A stretch of DNA of 33,771 nt from positions 1 through 33,771 of the forward strand of contig JBEKTG010000001.1 in assembly GCA_049516275.1 (NCBI GenBank). The letters are read 5' to 3'. Under the pieces are notes generated by a model, which was not told where the DNA came from, did no database searches, and was given only the letters and a program-made list of their open reading frames with translations. The translations under genes were made by a program, and so were the position numbers. This document shows, piece after piece, positions 1 to 9,783 of the stretch. Position 1 is the stretch's first letter, and every line of letters begins with the position of its first letter. Source of the DNA: Candidatus Acidiferrales bacterium (lineage in GTDB: Bacteria > Acidobacteriota > Terriglobia > Acidiferrales > UBA7541).

Positions 1-1835
1 GTTTTGCGGATGCCCACCGGATAACGAACGATCAGTTCCAGCCCGCTGTCGCCAAATTGCAGTTTCGCATCCGGCCCCGGGACGGTGATCTGGAACTCCA
101 CGCGTCCCTCGATAGAACTGGTCTGCCGTTCGATGTCATCCCGGTACTGCTCGTAGATGGCATTCACAGCCGCCGCGACCTTGTCCTGAACCGCCTTGTG
201 ATTTCCTCCTGCCGTCAAATCCAGCACCACTTCGTGCCATGTGTAATCGGTGCCCGGAAGCTGCTTAAAGAGCGGCGTCGTCGCCTGGAAGAGCACCGAG
301 TTAGAGAACACCACGATTCGCCCGGTCGGGTAGAGGTCCACCGCCGGCCCCGATAGCTCCATTAAATACAGGCGGACCAGTCCGATGTCGATCACATCTC
401 CGGTGACGCCCGCAATGCTGATGCGGTCTCCCACGCGAATGCCGTAGCGGCCGATCACGAAAAAATAGGCGGCCACCGAGAGGAGAACGGTCTGCAATCC
501 GACGGCGACACCGGCGGTCACAAATCCCGCGAACGTGGCCAGCGAGCTGAACTCGCTCACAAATCCCAGGATGATCACGATGCCGAATAAAAATCCAACG
601 ACGATTCGGCGCATGATCATGAATTGGCGGCGCCGCCGCTGATCGCGCACATACTTGAACGCGAGCCGCCGCCATATCTCGGACAGGAACAGCACCAGTC
701 CGAGTGCGAGAGCGATTCCCGTCACCCGCGTGAGCAGCGATTCGAGCGTGCCCCGCGATTCCCTCGCAATCGACCGCCTCCAGTCGGCGAAATTCGAGCG
801 GCTTTCGTCGAGAACCGTCATCTCCTGCGCGAGCGGCACCAGGGCCGCCGCGTACTGCTTGAAATTGTTCGTGAGGCTCCGGTATTCGCTCTGCACGCTT
901 GCCGGAGGAAGCGCCGCAGCGGAAGGTGGCGCCTGTGACCCGGAGGAACCCATCAACGCGTTGCCCCGGCGAACCGTAGCCACCAGATTGTCTCGCAGCG
1001 GGCTGCGGACGGCGGCAGCCGCATCGTGCACGCGCGCCGTTTGCGCAATCAATTGATCGAGTTCGTGCATGGCCGTCACCTGGTCGTAAAGCGAAAGCGC
1101 TTGCCCCACGAGGCCAGCCGAATTGGAACTCTTCGGCGGTGCGGTCGCTGGCTTTGTGCTGGAAGCCGTCTTACTCGTAGCGAGAACTTCCGGCACCGAT
1201 CGGGCCAGGGTATTAACCGTGCCCGCCAGCCCTTGGCTCGCCGTTTCACTGCTCTCGGCAAAACTTGCGATTTTTTCAATCGAATCCTGCATCGCTTTGT
1301 TGAGGTCCAATTCACCCTGCAGAGCGTCGCGCTGGGAAAGAAGCCCCTGTCGCTTGCCGGCCGCGGAGCCGGCGATCTGTTTGTCGAGCGCTTCAATTTC
1401 AGCTTGCAGGTTGGCAATCTGAGCGGAAACCTGCGTTTCCATCTGGCTGTAGTTGGCGGGCTGCACCCCACCCGAACCGGGCTGATTCGCGTTGTTTGCG
1501 GCGGCTGTGCTTCTGTTTGCGGCGTCAATCAGGGCCGCTTCGGCGTTGGCCGATTGGAAGGCCAGTCGCAGAGCCTGCATCGCCAGATTTTGCGCGGTGT
1601 CCTGATAAACCACGTCGCTGGGCAATCCGGGAGTCTGCACTCGATTGTTGGCATCGCGATACCAGCTAAGGGCTGCGTTCAGGTGATTCAACACCGCGGC
1701 GCGGTCCAGCCCCTGAGCATTCTGCACGGGGCCTTGCCCTGACGCGGCGCTTGCGCCAATTGCCAGGGCGCAGATGAGTGCGATTCTCGTCCCGAATTTG
1801 CAGCGGATGAAAGAATGATCGACGCGAGTGTTCAT
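1..1835 (-). CDS. MscS-family mechanosensitive ion channel with long N-terminal periplasmic coiled-coil region (MscK-like architecture); 3' end lies beyond the window
   Basis: Absent from the ORF track because the frame stays open to the window edge. My reverse-strand translation from ATG at 1835 is stop-free to position 1. It starts MNTRVDHSFIRCKFGTRIALICALAIGASAASGQ (signal peptide), followed by an Ala/Gln-rich coiled-coil-like stretch. TM helices follow (GIALALGLVLFLSEIW, IVVGFLFGIVIILGFV, FVTAGVAVGLQTVLLSVAAYFF). The MscS beta-domain signature is IGRYGIRVGDRISIAGVTGDVIDIGLVRLYL, and the C-terminal part reads LQFGDSGLELIVRYPVG. Confidence 0.85.
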   Translation of the reverse strand, partial: MNTRVDHSFIRCKFGTRIALICALAIGASAASGQGPVQNAQGLDRAAVLNHLNAALSWYRDANNRVQTPGLPSDVVYQDTAQNLAMQALRLAFQSANAEAALIDAANRSTAAANNANQPGSGGVQPANYSQMETQVSAQIANLQAEIEALDKQIAGSAAGKRQGLLSQRDALQGELDLNKAMQDSIEKIASFAESSETASQGLAGTVNTLARSVPEVLATSKTASSTKPATAPPKSSNSAGLVGQALSLYDQVTAMHELDQLIAQTARVHDAAAAVRSPLRDNLVATVRRGNALMGSSGSQAPPSAAALPPASVQSEYRSLTNNFKQYAAALVPLAQEMTVLDESRSNFADWRRSIARESRGTLESLLTRVTGIALALGLVLFLSEIWRRLAFKYVRDQRRRRQFMIMRRIVVGFLFGIVIILGFVSEFSSLATFAGFVTAGVAVGLQTVLLSVAAYFFVIGRYGIRVGDRISIAGVTGDVIDIGLVRLYLMELSGPAVDLYPTGRIVVFSNSVLFQATTPLFKQLPGTDYTWHEVVLDLTAGGNHKAVQDKVAAAVNAIYEQYRDDIERQTSSIEGRVEFQITVPGPDAKLQFGDSGLELIVRYPVGIRK

Positions 1836-1950
1836 AGCATCAGTATATTCGGTATTGCGCGACTCGAACGACGCCTCTTTGTGGGCGCTATTTTCGCGTT
1901 TTCGCCGACCACTTGCACGAACGCGCGTCTTCGACTAAAGATAAATTGGA

Positions 1951-2550
1951 ATGGTTACGGATCGTCCGCCGCGCAGACCCAAATCGCTCGCTGAATTTCT
2001 CGGCAGCGACCAGCGTATCGCCCTTCGAGTGCCCGTGGACGAGCGCCTCGTCACTCGCGCACAAGCCATCGAATCCGCGATGGAATCCGGCAAGCCTGCG
2101 GCGATCTCGTACGCGTGCAGCGACTTCCTCTCCGTCGCCGCCGATTTCTACGGAGTTCCGCGCCCCGAGGTTCGTGTTCTGGCGGCACGCCCGTTGCGCG
2201 TCCGGGAAGGTGGCTGGTCGGTGGAGCTGTTCGGGGACTACCACCCGCAAACCAGGCTCATCCGCATCTGGACGCGAACCGCCGTGCGCAAGCAGGTGAC
2301 TTCCTACGGCACATTCTTCAGCACCCTCTGCCATGAGTTTTGCCATCACCTCGATTGCCGCCTGCTGGGATTCGGCGATTCGCCGCACACGCGCGGTTTC
2401 TATCAGCGAACCGCCGCGCTCTATCACCACGCCCGCGGCACTCCCGAGAAGCAGTTGGCTTGGGTGAAAATGCCGCGCGGGCAGTGGCGGATCGACTGGC
2501 GGCGGATGAGAAGCTCCGCCCCGCCCAAAATCTTCACAGCCGCGGGTTAA
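1951..2550 (+). CDS. Hypothetical HExxH zinc-metallopeptidase-like protein (SprT/YgjP-like motif arrangement)
   Basis: 199-aa ATG-initiated ORF with a non-shadow composition. Motif LCHEFCHHLD followed by SPHTRGFY gives HExxH plus a downstream His/aromatic, as in SprT/DUF45-type minimal metalloproteases. Family assignment is tentative. Confidence 0.6.
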   Translation: MVTDRPPRRPKSLAEFLGSDQRIALRVPVDERLVTRAQAIESAMESGKPAAISYACSDFLSVAADFYGVPRPEVRVLAARPLRVREGGWSVELFGDYHPQTRLIRIWTRTAVRKQVTSYGTFFSTLCHEFCHHLDCRLLGFGDSPHTRGFYQRTAALYHHARGTPEKQLAWVKMPRGQWRIDWRRMRSSAPPKIFTAAG

Positions 2551-3107
2551 GCGCGCCTCGAGACGATTTCCGCCACGGGCCGCTTGTGCGCTGGGTCGTT
2601 CGACTTTCCTTCGTAGTAGTGGAGAATCTCGCAGTCTGAGAAGTATTGCCGCAGCTCGCCCGGGCGCAGCCGGTGGTCCGTCGGTTCTTCTCCAGCTTCC
2701 GCGATGTGGACGATCGCCAGCACAATGCCGCCCGGTCGCACTCCCCGCCTGGCCGGCTCGAATAGAGATGTCTGCAGGTAGAAGCACATAGCAATCAGGT
2801 CCCAGCAGTTCTCTTCGATCTCGAACGCGTTCTTTTCGAGATCGAAAATCCTCGCATCCACCGCGACGCCGCCTTCCAAGGCGCGGCACCGCAGAATCTC
2901 AATCGCCGTGGGCGCCCCATCCACCGCAGTGACGCTCCATCCACGCTGCGCAAGCCACATGGCATTGCGTCCAGCGCCGCAAGCCAGGTCCAGCGCCTTT
3001 CCAGCCGGCAGCTTCGAACAGGTCTCCACCAGAAGCGGATTAGGTTCGGTCTCCCGCTCCTCCGCCCTTCCTGACCGGTAGCGCTCGTCCCATCCTTGAA
3101 TTTCCAT
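2547..3107 (-). CDS. Class I SAM-dependent methyltransferase (TehB/thiopurine-MT-like small MTase)
   Basis: 186 aa. N-terminal WDERYRSG and the glycine-rich SAM motif I ALDLACGAGRNAMWLAQRGWSVTAVDGAPTAIE. Its stop overlaps the stop of the convergent gene (TTAA at 2547-2550). Confidence 0.85.
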   Translation of the reverse strand: MEIQGWDERYRSGRAEERETEPNPLLVETCSKLPAGKALDLACGAGRNAMWLAQRGWSVTAVDGAPTAIEILRCRALEGGVAVDARIFDLEKNAFEIEENCWDLIAMCFYLQTSLFEPARRGVRPGGIVLAIVHIAEAGEEPTDHRLRPGELRQYFSDCEILHYYEGKSNDPAHKRPVAEIVSRRA

Positions 3108-3243
3108 GCAATGATTGTTGAACGACGCAGACGAACGTGCAACCGCGGAACGAAGCAGCTCGCCTCACCCTTCCTCAGCGCATGTTCGGCGTGTTAGGCT
3201 CTGCCGTGAATAATTTCGCAGGAATTTCAGGGGAGAATCACCC

Positions 3244-3840
3244 ATGCGCCTGGGCATGTGCTTGAGCGTTCTTGTTTTCTTTCAACTATCGGCGACACCG
3301 GCGGCAATCCCCGACGAGCGCATCGCATCCCAGGCCTCAGCCAAGTCAACCAAAGATTCCAGCGACCTATTGCTACCCCCTTCGGAGGATTTGTCACGCG
3401 CCTGGGATGAAATTGGTGGCAAGCTCGTCGAGATGGCCCAGGATTTTCCCGAGGACAAGTACGATTTCAAGGTCCAAAAGGATCAGCGCACCTTCGCGGA
3501 AACCATCCTGCACATAGCCAACGACGATTTTCTGGCGATAACGGCAGTCAAGGGCTCCCAGGCCGGCCCCGATTTCCACGGCGAGCACCCCTCGCGCGCC
3601 GTCTATAAGTCCAAGGCGGACGTAGTCAAATTGCTGAAAGACGCCGTCGCAGCCGGCTCTGCCGTGATCAAAGCGCAGGGAGACGCCGGACTCGATAAGG
3701 CGATTTTCTCGCCCTTCACCGCCGACCCCGTGCGCGTTTCCACTCTCTGGTGGAGCGTCATCGAGGATGACGGCGAACATTACGGGCAGCTCGTCGTCTA
3801 CTACCGCGCCAACAATCTGGTGCCCCCGCGATCGCGTTAG
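3244..3840 (+). CDS. DinB-family (DinB_2-like) four-helix-bundle protein with signal peptide
   Basis: 198 aa. Signal-like MRLGMCLSVLVFFQLSATPA. Conserved His positions typical of the DinB superfamily (ETILHIANDDF ... GEHP ... DDGEHYGQLVVYYRANNLVPP). Confidence 0.8.
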   Translation: MRLGMCLSVLVFFQLSATPAAIPDERIASQASAKSTKDSSDLLLPPSEDLSRAWDEIGGKLVEMAQDFPEDKYDFKVQKDQRTFAETILHIANDDFLAITAVKGSQAGPDFHGEHPSRAVYKSKADVVKLLKDAVAAGSAVIKAQGDAGLDKAIFSPFTADPVRVSTLWWSVIEDDGEHYGQLVVYYRANNLVPPRSR

Positions 3841-5702
3841 CGTTCCGCGCGGCTGAGCGTGAACGCCGTATTCACCAGCGCCAGGTGCGAAAAAGCCTGG
3901 GGAAAGTTGCCGACGAAGCGCTTGGCCTCCGGATCGTATTCCTCGGAAAGCAACCCAAGATCGTTCTGCAATTGCAGCAGCCTTTCGAAGAGCTTCCGTG
4001 CGTCATCCAGTCTGCCGGAGTCGGCATAAGCGTCCGCCAGCCAAAAGCTGCACGGCAGGAACACGCCTTCTCCAGGAGGCAGCCCGTCATCGGCCTCCTG
4101 GGTGTGGTAGCGCTCCACAAAGCCGCCTCTTACGAGATCGCGTTCGATCGCGCGAATGGTCCCCTGCACGCGGACGTCGGACGCCGGGAGAAAATTCACA
4201 CGTGGGATCACCAGCAGGCTTGCGTCCAGAGCCGTCGAGCCGTAGGACTGCACAAAGCTGCCCATCTCGGCATTGAACCCGTTGCGGCAAACGTCGTCGT
4301 GAATCTCCTGGCGCACCCGCCGCCAGCGGTCCAGCGGTCCCTTCAACCCGAATTGTTCGGAGCTCTTGATCCGGCTGTCGAACGCAAACCACGCCATCAC
4401 CTTCGAATGCGTAAAGTGCCGTCGCGGCCCGCGTACCTCCCAAATGCCCTCGTCGGGTTCTTTCCAGATTTTTTCCAGGTGTTCCAGCAGTGCCTCGCCC
4501 AGCGCAACATCCGGTTCGCCGTCCGTAAGCCCCTTACGGGCGTGGTGCAGCACGCCCGCAACCTCGCCATAGATGTCGAGTTGCAGTTGCTCGGACGCGG
4601 CGTTGCCGATGCGCACCGGCTTCGACCCCTCATATCCCGGCAGCCAGGGTATCTCCCATTCCTTCACATGCCGCTCGCCCGCCAGCCCGTAGAGAATCTG
4701 CACCTTATCGGGACTTCCCGCCACCGCCCGCACCAGCCAGTCGCGCCAGGATGCCGCCTCTTCCTCGTAGCCCGCGTCCATGAGCACATGCAACGTGAGC
4801 GTGGCGTCCCGCAGCCAGCAGTAGCGGTAATCCCAGTTTCGTTCCCCTCCGATTTTCTCGGGAAGCGAAGTTGTGGGAGCCGCCGCGATTCCCCCGGTAG
4901 GCAGATACGTCAGCCCTTTTAAAGTGATCAACGATCGTTTCACCGCGTCAGCATAAGGCCCGCGATACTTGCACCCGCTAGTCCACTCCCTCCAGAATTC
5001 CACGGTCTTCAAATAAGCTTTCTCCGGATCGATCGCGCCCGGAGGAGGAAGGTGAGAAGCCCCATAGCCCAGCACGAACGAAACCGACTCGCCAGCTTTC
5101 ACGGTGAATTGCGACACGGTTTTCAGGTTTTCGCCCCGTAGCGCCACAGAACTCCGCAGCACAACCATGTGAGGCCCCGCCACGCCCTGCAATCGTCCGT
5201 CCTCGAGCCGCGCAATCCACGGAACCAGTTCGCCATAATCGAACCGAAGACTCAGTTCCATGTCCATGGGAACTTCGCCGCGCCGCCCGCGCACGATCCG
5301 AACCAGATGAGGGTGTTTCTCCCGTACCGGCATGAAATCGACGACAGTGACTCCGCCATCGCCAGTTTCAAAATCCGTCTCAAGGATCAAAGTGTCCAGC
5401 AAGTACCGCCGTGCAGTTTGTTTTGCGGATCCCGCCGGAGCCAGCTTCCAGCGTCCGTGTTCGGCGGTGCCCAACAGCGCCGCAAAGCAAGCCCCGGAAT
5501 CGAAGCGCGGCAAGCACAGCCAGTCGATAGACCCATCTCTACCAACCAGCGCCGCCGTCTCCAAATCGCCAATCATCGCGTAATCTTCAATGCGGGAAGC
5601 CATAGGTCCGTCCATGTGTGGCCGGCACGCGTCGCCGAAAGAAAGCGCCCGGCGATCCGCGCTCGCGACAAAGCCCTTGCCGTCAAATCCATCATAAGCC
5701 AT
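3837..5702 (-). CDS. Glycoside hydrolase family 15 protein (glucoamylase/trehalase-like)
   Basis: N-terminal hallmark IEDYAMIGDLETAALVGRDGSIDWLCLPRFDSGACFAALLG, and an (alpha/alpha)6 region with NWDYRYCWLRDATLTL. The start is uncertain: the ORF opens with GTG at 5705, the first ATG is at 5702, and internal ATGs at 5615 and 5603 sit just before the conserved IEDY block. Confidence 0.9.
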   Translation of the reverse strand: MAYDGFDGKGFVASADRRALSFGDACRPHMDGPMASRIEDYAMIGDLETAALVGRDGSIDWLCLPRFDSGACFAALLGTAEHGRWKLAPAGSAKQTARRYLLDTLILETDFETGDGGVTVVDFMPVREKHPHLVRIVRGRRGEVPMDMELSLRFDYGELVPWIARLEDGRLQGVAGPHMVVLRSSVALRGENLKTVSQFTVKAGESVSFVLGYGASHLPPPGAIDPEKAYLKTVEFWREWTSGCKYRGPYADAVKRSLITLKGLTYLPTGGIAAAPTTSLPEKIGGERNWDYRYCWLRDATLTLHVLMDAGYEEEAASWRDWLVRAVAGSPDKVQILYGLAGERHVKEWEIPWLPGYEGSKPVRIGNAASEQLQLDIYGEVAGVLHHARKGLTDGEPDVALGEALLEHLEKIWKEPDEGIWEVRGPRRHFTHSKVMAWFAFDSRIKSSEQFGLKGPLDRWRRVRQEIHDDVCRNGFNAEMGSFVQSYGSTALDASLLVIPRVNFLPASDVRVQGTIRAIERDLVRGGFVERYHTQEADDGLPPGEGVFLPCSFWLADAYADSGRLDDARKLFERLLQLQNDLGLLSEEYDPEAKRFVGNFPQAFSHLALVNTAFTLSRAER

Positions 5703-5914
5703 CACACAAATGGAACGTGTCAGGCGGGCGCCGCAACGGGCATCCGCAAAAACAGGTGAGCGGCAGCGGCGCAGTCGATCGCAAGTAGCTCAAACTGAAC
5801 TGCCATCAACCTTTGTCGCCCGTCCTTCGACACCGCTCCTTCATCGCTTGACACGCGGATTTGCGCAACCGAAACTGTGTTGGAATCGCAATTATCCGCG
5901 AAAGGAATTGGTGG

Positions 5915-7120
5915 ATGCCGCCTGCCTTTATTTGTGAGGGAGTTCGCACGCCGATCGGGCGTTATGGAGGCGCGCTGGCCCAGGTGCGCGCGGACGACCT
6001 GGCGACGGTTCCTTTGTCTGCGTTGCGAGAGCGCTTTCCCAAGAGCGATTGGGAGTCGATCGATGAGGTGATTCTGGGGTGCGTCAACCAGGCGGGTGAA
6101 GACAACCGCAATGTGGCGCGCATGGCGTCGCTGCTGGCGGGGATTCCCCATACCGTGCCGGCGGCTACCGTGAACCGGTTGTGCGGGTCCGGGATGGAGG
6201 CGGTTTCCGTTGCGGCGCGAGCTATCGGCGCCGGCGAGATTTCGCTCGCGATTGCGGGCGGAGTGGAAAGTATGAGCCGGAGTCCTTTTGTGATTCCGAA
6301 GGCGGCTGCAGCGTTTTCACGCGATGCGCAAATCTACGATACGACGCTGGGCTGGCGCTTCATCAATCCGCTGATGGAGCAGAAGTACGGCACCGATTCT
6401 ATGGCAGAAACCGCCGAGAATGTCGCCGAGGCTTACGGCATCGAGCGGCGCTACCAGGACCAGTTCGCGTTGCGCTCCCAGCAGAAAGCCGCCGCCGCTC
6501 AGAAGGCCGGCATCTTCGCAGAGGAAATCGTGCCGGTCAGTGTGCCGGGGCCCAAGGGGACGGTAAACGCGGTGACCGATGACGAGCATATTCGCGCGGA
6601 TACCACGATCGAGAAACTGGCGAAGCTTCCCGCGCCGTTCCGAAAAAACGGGACGGTAACTGCCGGAAATGCGTCGGGTATTAACGACGGGGCGTGCGCC
6701 CTCTTCGTCGCTTCGGAAGCTGCGGCGGTGAAGTTTGGATTGACGCCTCTGGCGCGGGTGGTGGGAACCGCAACTGCGGGTGTGGAACCACGCGTGATGG
6801 GCATGGGGCCAATTCCGGCAGTGCGGAAACTGCTGGCGCGGACTAGCCTCTCGATGGCGGACATCGACTTGTTTGAACTCAACGAGGCGTTTGCGGCCCA
6901 GGCGCTCGCCGTGACTCGCTCTCTCGGCCTGCCCGATGATAGTGAGAAGGTGAATCCCAATGGCGGGGCAATTGCGCTGGGCCACCCGCTGGGAATGAGT
7001 GGGGCACGACTGGTGCTGACTGCTTCGCGGCAACTGAAGCGCGCGGGCGGCCGCTATGCTATCGCGTCAATGTGCATCGGTGTGGGGCAAGGCATCGCGA
7101 TGCTTCTGGAACGGGTTTAG
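5915..7120 (+). CDS. Acetyl-CoA C-acyltransferase, 3-oxoadipyl-CoA thiolase type (PcaF/PaaJ-like)
   Basis: [34 protein letters not shown] is the typical N-terminus of PcaF/PaaJ thiolases. Active-site Cys context [11 protein letters not shown]; C-terminal [17 protein letters not shown] and [12 protein letters not shown]. The track ORF starts at TTG 5861; the ATG at 5915 fits the family N-terminus. Confidence 0.92.
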   Translation: MPPAFICEGVRTPIGRYGGALAQVRADDLATVPLSALRERFPKSDWESIDEVILGCVNQAGEDNRNVARMASLLAGIPHTVPAATVNRLCGSGMEAVSVAARAIGAGEISLAIAGGVESMSRSPFVIPKAAAAFSRDAQIYDTTLGWRFINPLMEQKYGTDSMAETAENVAEAYGIERRYQDQFALRSQQKAAAAQKAGIFAEEIVPVSVPGPKGTVNAVTDDEHIRADTTIEKLAKLPAPFRKNGTVTAGNASGINDGACALFVASEAAAVKFGLTPLARVVGTATAGVEPRVMGMGPIPAVRKLLARTSLSMADIDLFELNEAFAAQALAVTRSLGLPDDSEKVNPNGGAIALGHPLGMSGARLVLTASRQLKRAGGRYAIASMCIGVGQGIAMLLERV

Positions 7121-8187
7121 AACTGCTTGCGAGATGCCTCGGAAGCGGTACCCTTCCCGACAGTGTTCTTCGTGGCTTTCATGGCCGCCTGACCCGCACA
7201 GAATTCCACAATTCGTGCTTCCGACCAGAATCTTTCATCTCCCGACTCTTTTGAAATAAACGCGCAATGGCCGCCGTGTTTCGGCGCGAGCAGCGTGATG
7301 AAAGGGTTCTCCCGAATGGCGGGATGTTCGAATGCGGCGAAGGGGACTACCGGATCGTCCTGCGCAGTGACGATCAGGGTGGGGCGCCGAATGTGGGCGA
7401 TGATCCGGTTGGCGCTCGATTGCGCGTAATAATCGGCGGCGTCGCGGAAACCGCAGAAGCGCGCCGTGATGGCTTCGTCGAAGCCGCGCACCGTACGGAT
7501 ATGCCGCATCCGGCCGAGCTCGTAGCGATGCGGATACATCCTCGCCTTGTCGCGCATGCGGCGCTTCATCCGCCGGACGAAGCGGTGCTCGTAGAAGAAA
7601 TTCGCGGGTTCCTCGAGCGCAGCCGCGCAGCCGGCCAAGTCCATGGCGGGCGCCACCGCGGCAAATCCCCGCAATTCCGGGGGCGCGGCGTCGCCAAATT
7701 CCCCGGCCATCTTCAAAACCAGGTTACCGCCCATCGAAAAGCCCGCGGCGAATATGTTGCCGAGGCCATCCCGTTCGATCAATTCGAGAACAACAGTGCG
7801 AATGTCACCGCTCAAACCCGAGTGATAAAGAGTTTCGGTGAGGTGCTCGGTGTCGCCGCAATTTCTCTGATTCAACCGCACCACATTGAAGCCCGCGAGC
7901 CAGGCTTTTTCGGCGGTGCCGAGCATGTAGCCGGATTCGCTCGATCCCTCGAGGCCGTGAAGCAGGACGAGAACCGGGTGTTCCTTGGGTTGCGGCTGCC
8001 AATGACATTCACCGCGGACCTTCGTGCCCGGCTCCACGTCGAACTGCCTGGTTACGCTGGCCAGCAACCTCGGAAAACTGCGCCGCCAGAAGGAGCCGGC
8101 GATGGTCATCAGGTGACCGTTGCGCAGATGCTTCGGCGGTATGAACTTTTTCACCACAATCCATGTTAGGCAGTTCTGCTGACGCAT
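7117..8187 (-). CDS. Alpha/beta-fold hydrolase, YheT/ABHD1-3-like
   Basis: 356 aa. N-terminal [15 protein letters not shown] resembles the YheT-type F-P-x-NGHLQT start. [12 protein letters not shown] block and nucleophile elbow GFSMGGN. The stop overlaps the thiolase stop (TTAG at 7117-7120). Confidence 0.85.
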   Translation of the reverse strand: MRQQNCLTWIVVKKFIPPKHLRNGHLMTIAGSFWRRSFPRLLASVTRQFDVEPGTKVRGECHWQPQPKEHPVLVLLHGLEGSSESGYMLGTAEKAWLAGFNVVRLNQRNCGDTEHLTETLYHSGLSGDIRTVVLELIERDGLGNIFAAGFSMGGNLVLKMAGEFGDAAPPELRGFAAVAPAMDLAGCAAALEEPANFFYEHRFVRRMKRRMRDKARMYPHRYELGRMRHIRTVRGFDEAITARFCGFRDAADYYAQSSANRIIAHIRRPTLIVTAQDDPVVPFAAFEHPAIRENPFITLLAPKHGGHCAFISKESGDERFWSEARIVEFCAGQAAMKATKNTVGKGTASEASRKQF

Positions 8188-8589
8188 GCAATTGCGGAAG
8201 AAGATGAAGCAGAGGAGGTTGAGGAGGCAAAGGAACTAGAGGACCAGGGCTCGCGGGAAATTCGCCGCGAGCGGGGGGCGCTGCGCGCCGTTGTTTTTAT
8301 GCCCGAGATGAAAGAGTTCGTGTGGCAGGTGAATCGTCCCTGAGCGGCTGAAGCCCCTTTGATTTTCGGGCATTATCGGCACGGATAAATCCGTGCCCTG
8401 ACGAAAAACCGGCGTTGCCACAGAGACTCTGGAAGCTCCGACCTCCTAACCACCTTTTCCCTTGCTTAATTTTTGTTGCTTCGATCACGGGGCATCCGAA
8501 AAGACCGGGAAAGCGCTGGCGCGCGTAGACAGGCACAGTCGATGGCAAGAAGTTCAAACTGAACCAACTACCGTACCGTCCCGGCAGGC

Positions 8590-8763
8590 TTATTCGGCGG
8601 AGTTGTGGCGGGTAAAGTCGGAAACTACGTGTTTTGAGGATTTTCCGCAGTGGGTGCAGCTGATGCGCGTGTTTGAGCTTAGGCGGCCGAAATAGTCGAA
8701 GAACTCGTTGCATTTCTCGTTCTTACATTGCAGCTGCCAAAGGGTGTCTTTTGGTTCCGTCAT
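8590..8763 (-). CDS. Possible small zinc-ribbon protein (CX4C ... CX2C)
   Basis: The ORF (TTG at 8802, ATGs at 8775 and 8763) encodes MTEPKDTLWQLQCKNEKCNEFFDYFGRLSSNTRISCTHCGKSSKHVVSDF with two Cys pairs. No clear SD and no recognisable family, so this is a weak call. Confidence 0.3.
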   Translation of the reverse strand: MTEPKDTLWQLQCKNEKCNEFFDYFGRLSSNTRISCTHCGKSSKHVVSDFTRHNSAE

Positions 8764-9106
8764 GCCGTCTATCATACCACCTGCTAGTGGTGTAGGGGTC
8801 AACTATGCGCCGGTGAAAGAACCGATCGTCCGCTAAGTCTCGTGTCATGAGCGGCAGACGGGTGGCTACCGATTGCCGCGGGACCTGTACATTTGAAGTA
8901 ACGCTTTGCTTCTGCGTTGTCGACCACTCAGGACTTGGCGATCCCAACGAAGCCCTCGATCGAAGTGCGTCCTTTAACATTTCGTTAGCAGCAATACAGA
9001 GAGCAAATGGCTAATGCTCAAAAGTGTCTCTTTTGGGACAGTATTGGCTCGCGCAGTTAGATAGAGTGGAATCCGCCTCAGGTGTCCAAAAAAGGTAGCC
9101 CCGATC

Positions 9107-9235
9107 ATGGAGAAGGCAAAATCCTCATTGTTTGACGCCGAATTCCTTCTGGCTTCCGCTGGCGTGTCGCGAGAGGTTCTGGAGTGTCAGAGAAAAACCA
9201 CCATCGTCGCACAAGGCACTCATCCAATGACGTAA
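9107..9235 (+). pseudogene. N-terminal fragment (42 codons) of a Crp/Fnr-family cNMP-binding regulator
   Basis: My translation is MEKAKSSLFDAEFLLASAGVSREVLECQRKTTIVAQGTHPMT-stop. It matches the common Crp-family opening FDxxxFLxxxGxGxxxxxxxKxxxIfxQGd and then stops. No continuation was found in the other frames. Confidence 0.5.
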
Positions 9236-9363
9236 AGTATAAATCGACGCGTCCTCCCTACCCAGATCGCAGCTGTTCAGCGTAAGCGGCCACGCCGCCT
9301 CTGTCTGGATTCCGAAATTCTCCGGGTATTTACAAGATTTGACATCAAGCGCAGGGAGAATTT

Positions 9364-9750
9364 ATGGAGCGGAGCGTCAGAGTCCTGCTGCTGGACACGA
9401 CCAGACAGAGTTTCTGGCACATTCAGATGCAGTTAGAGAATCGTGGCTGCTCTTGTTGGTTCGCGTGTTCCACAGCGGAGGGTGCGAAGCTGCTGAACGA
9501 ATACTCCTTCGATTTAGTCCTCAGTACAATTCCCCTTCATCGGCCGAATCCGTTGCTCGCTGGTGCGGACAAATCTCGCACCAGTATTTTCTTCTGCCAC
9601 CGCGTGGAAGCGGGATGCTGGTGGCTGACGCTCGTCCTCAAGGGCCAAAAGTGCGTGGACGCGCCAGCCGTTCGCGCCAGCGAATTCGCAGGCCTACTCG
9701 ACCAGATCGTGAAGGAAATCCAGGTGTCACGACAAGGCCCGGCCGACTAA
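9364..9750 (+). CDS. Stand-alone receiver-like (pseudo-receiver) domain protein
   Basis: 128 aa with SD AGGGAGA 5 nt upstream. Receiver-like beta-alpha pattern RVLLLDTT...NRGCSCWFACSTAEGAKLL...FDLVLSTIPL. The position of the phospho-acceptor Asp (LLSD-IRMP in NtrC-like receivers) reads LVLS-T-IPL, and the N-terminal acidic pair is D-T. Confidence 0.65.
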   Translation: MERSVRVLLLDTTRQSFWHIQMQLENRGCSCWFACSTAEGAKLLNEYSFDLVLSTIPLHRPNPLLAGADKSRTSIFFCHRVEAGCWWLTLVLKGQKCVDAPAVRASEFAGLLDQIVKEIQVSRQGPAD

Positions 9751-9783
9751 CTACCCTGTGCGTTCCGGGGCTGTTTAGATCTC

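Noticed and set aside
57-1742. Track ORFs 57-356(+), 301-675(-), 624-938(+), 655-1056(+), 1026-1742(+), 1076-1528(-), 1123-1422(+)
   Set aside because: Their translations are Arg/Pro/Ala-rich with no motifs. They are shadow frames of the real minus-strand MscS-family gene (1-1835), which the track omits because it has no stop inside the window.
1888-2889. 333-aa minus-strand ORF overlapping the HExxH gene and the methyltransferase
   Set aside because: It has an Arg/Gly-rich shadow composition and spans two well-supported genes on different frames and strands.
8236-8421. 61-aa minus ORF containing HELFH (HExxH-like), overlapping the hairpin at 8378-8397
   Set aside because: The spacing does not fit metzincin or gluzincin motifs, part of the peptide is just the translation of the palindrome, and there is no start context. 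It is probably non-coding.
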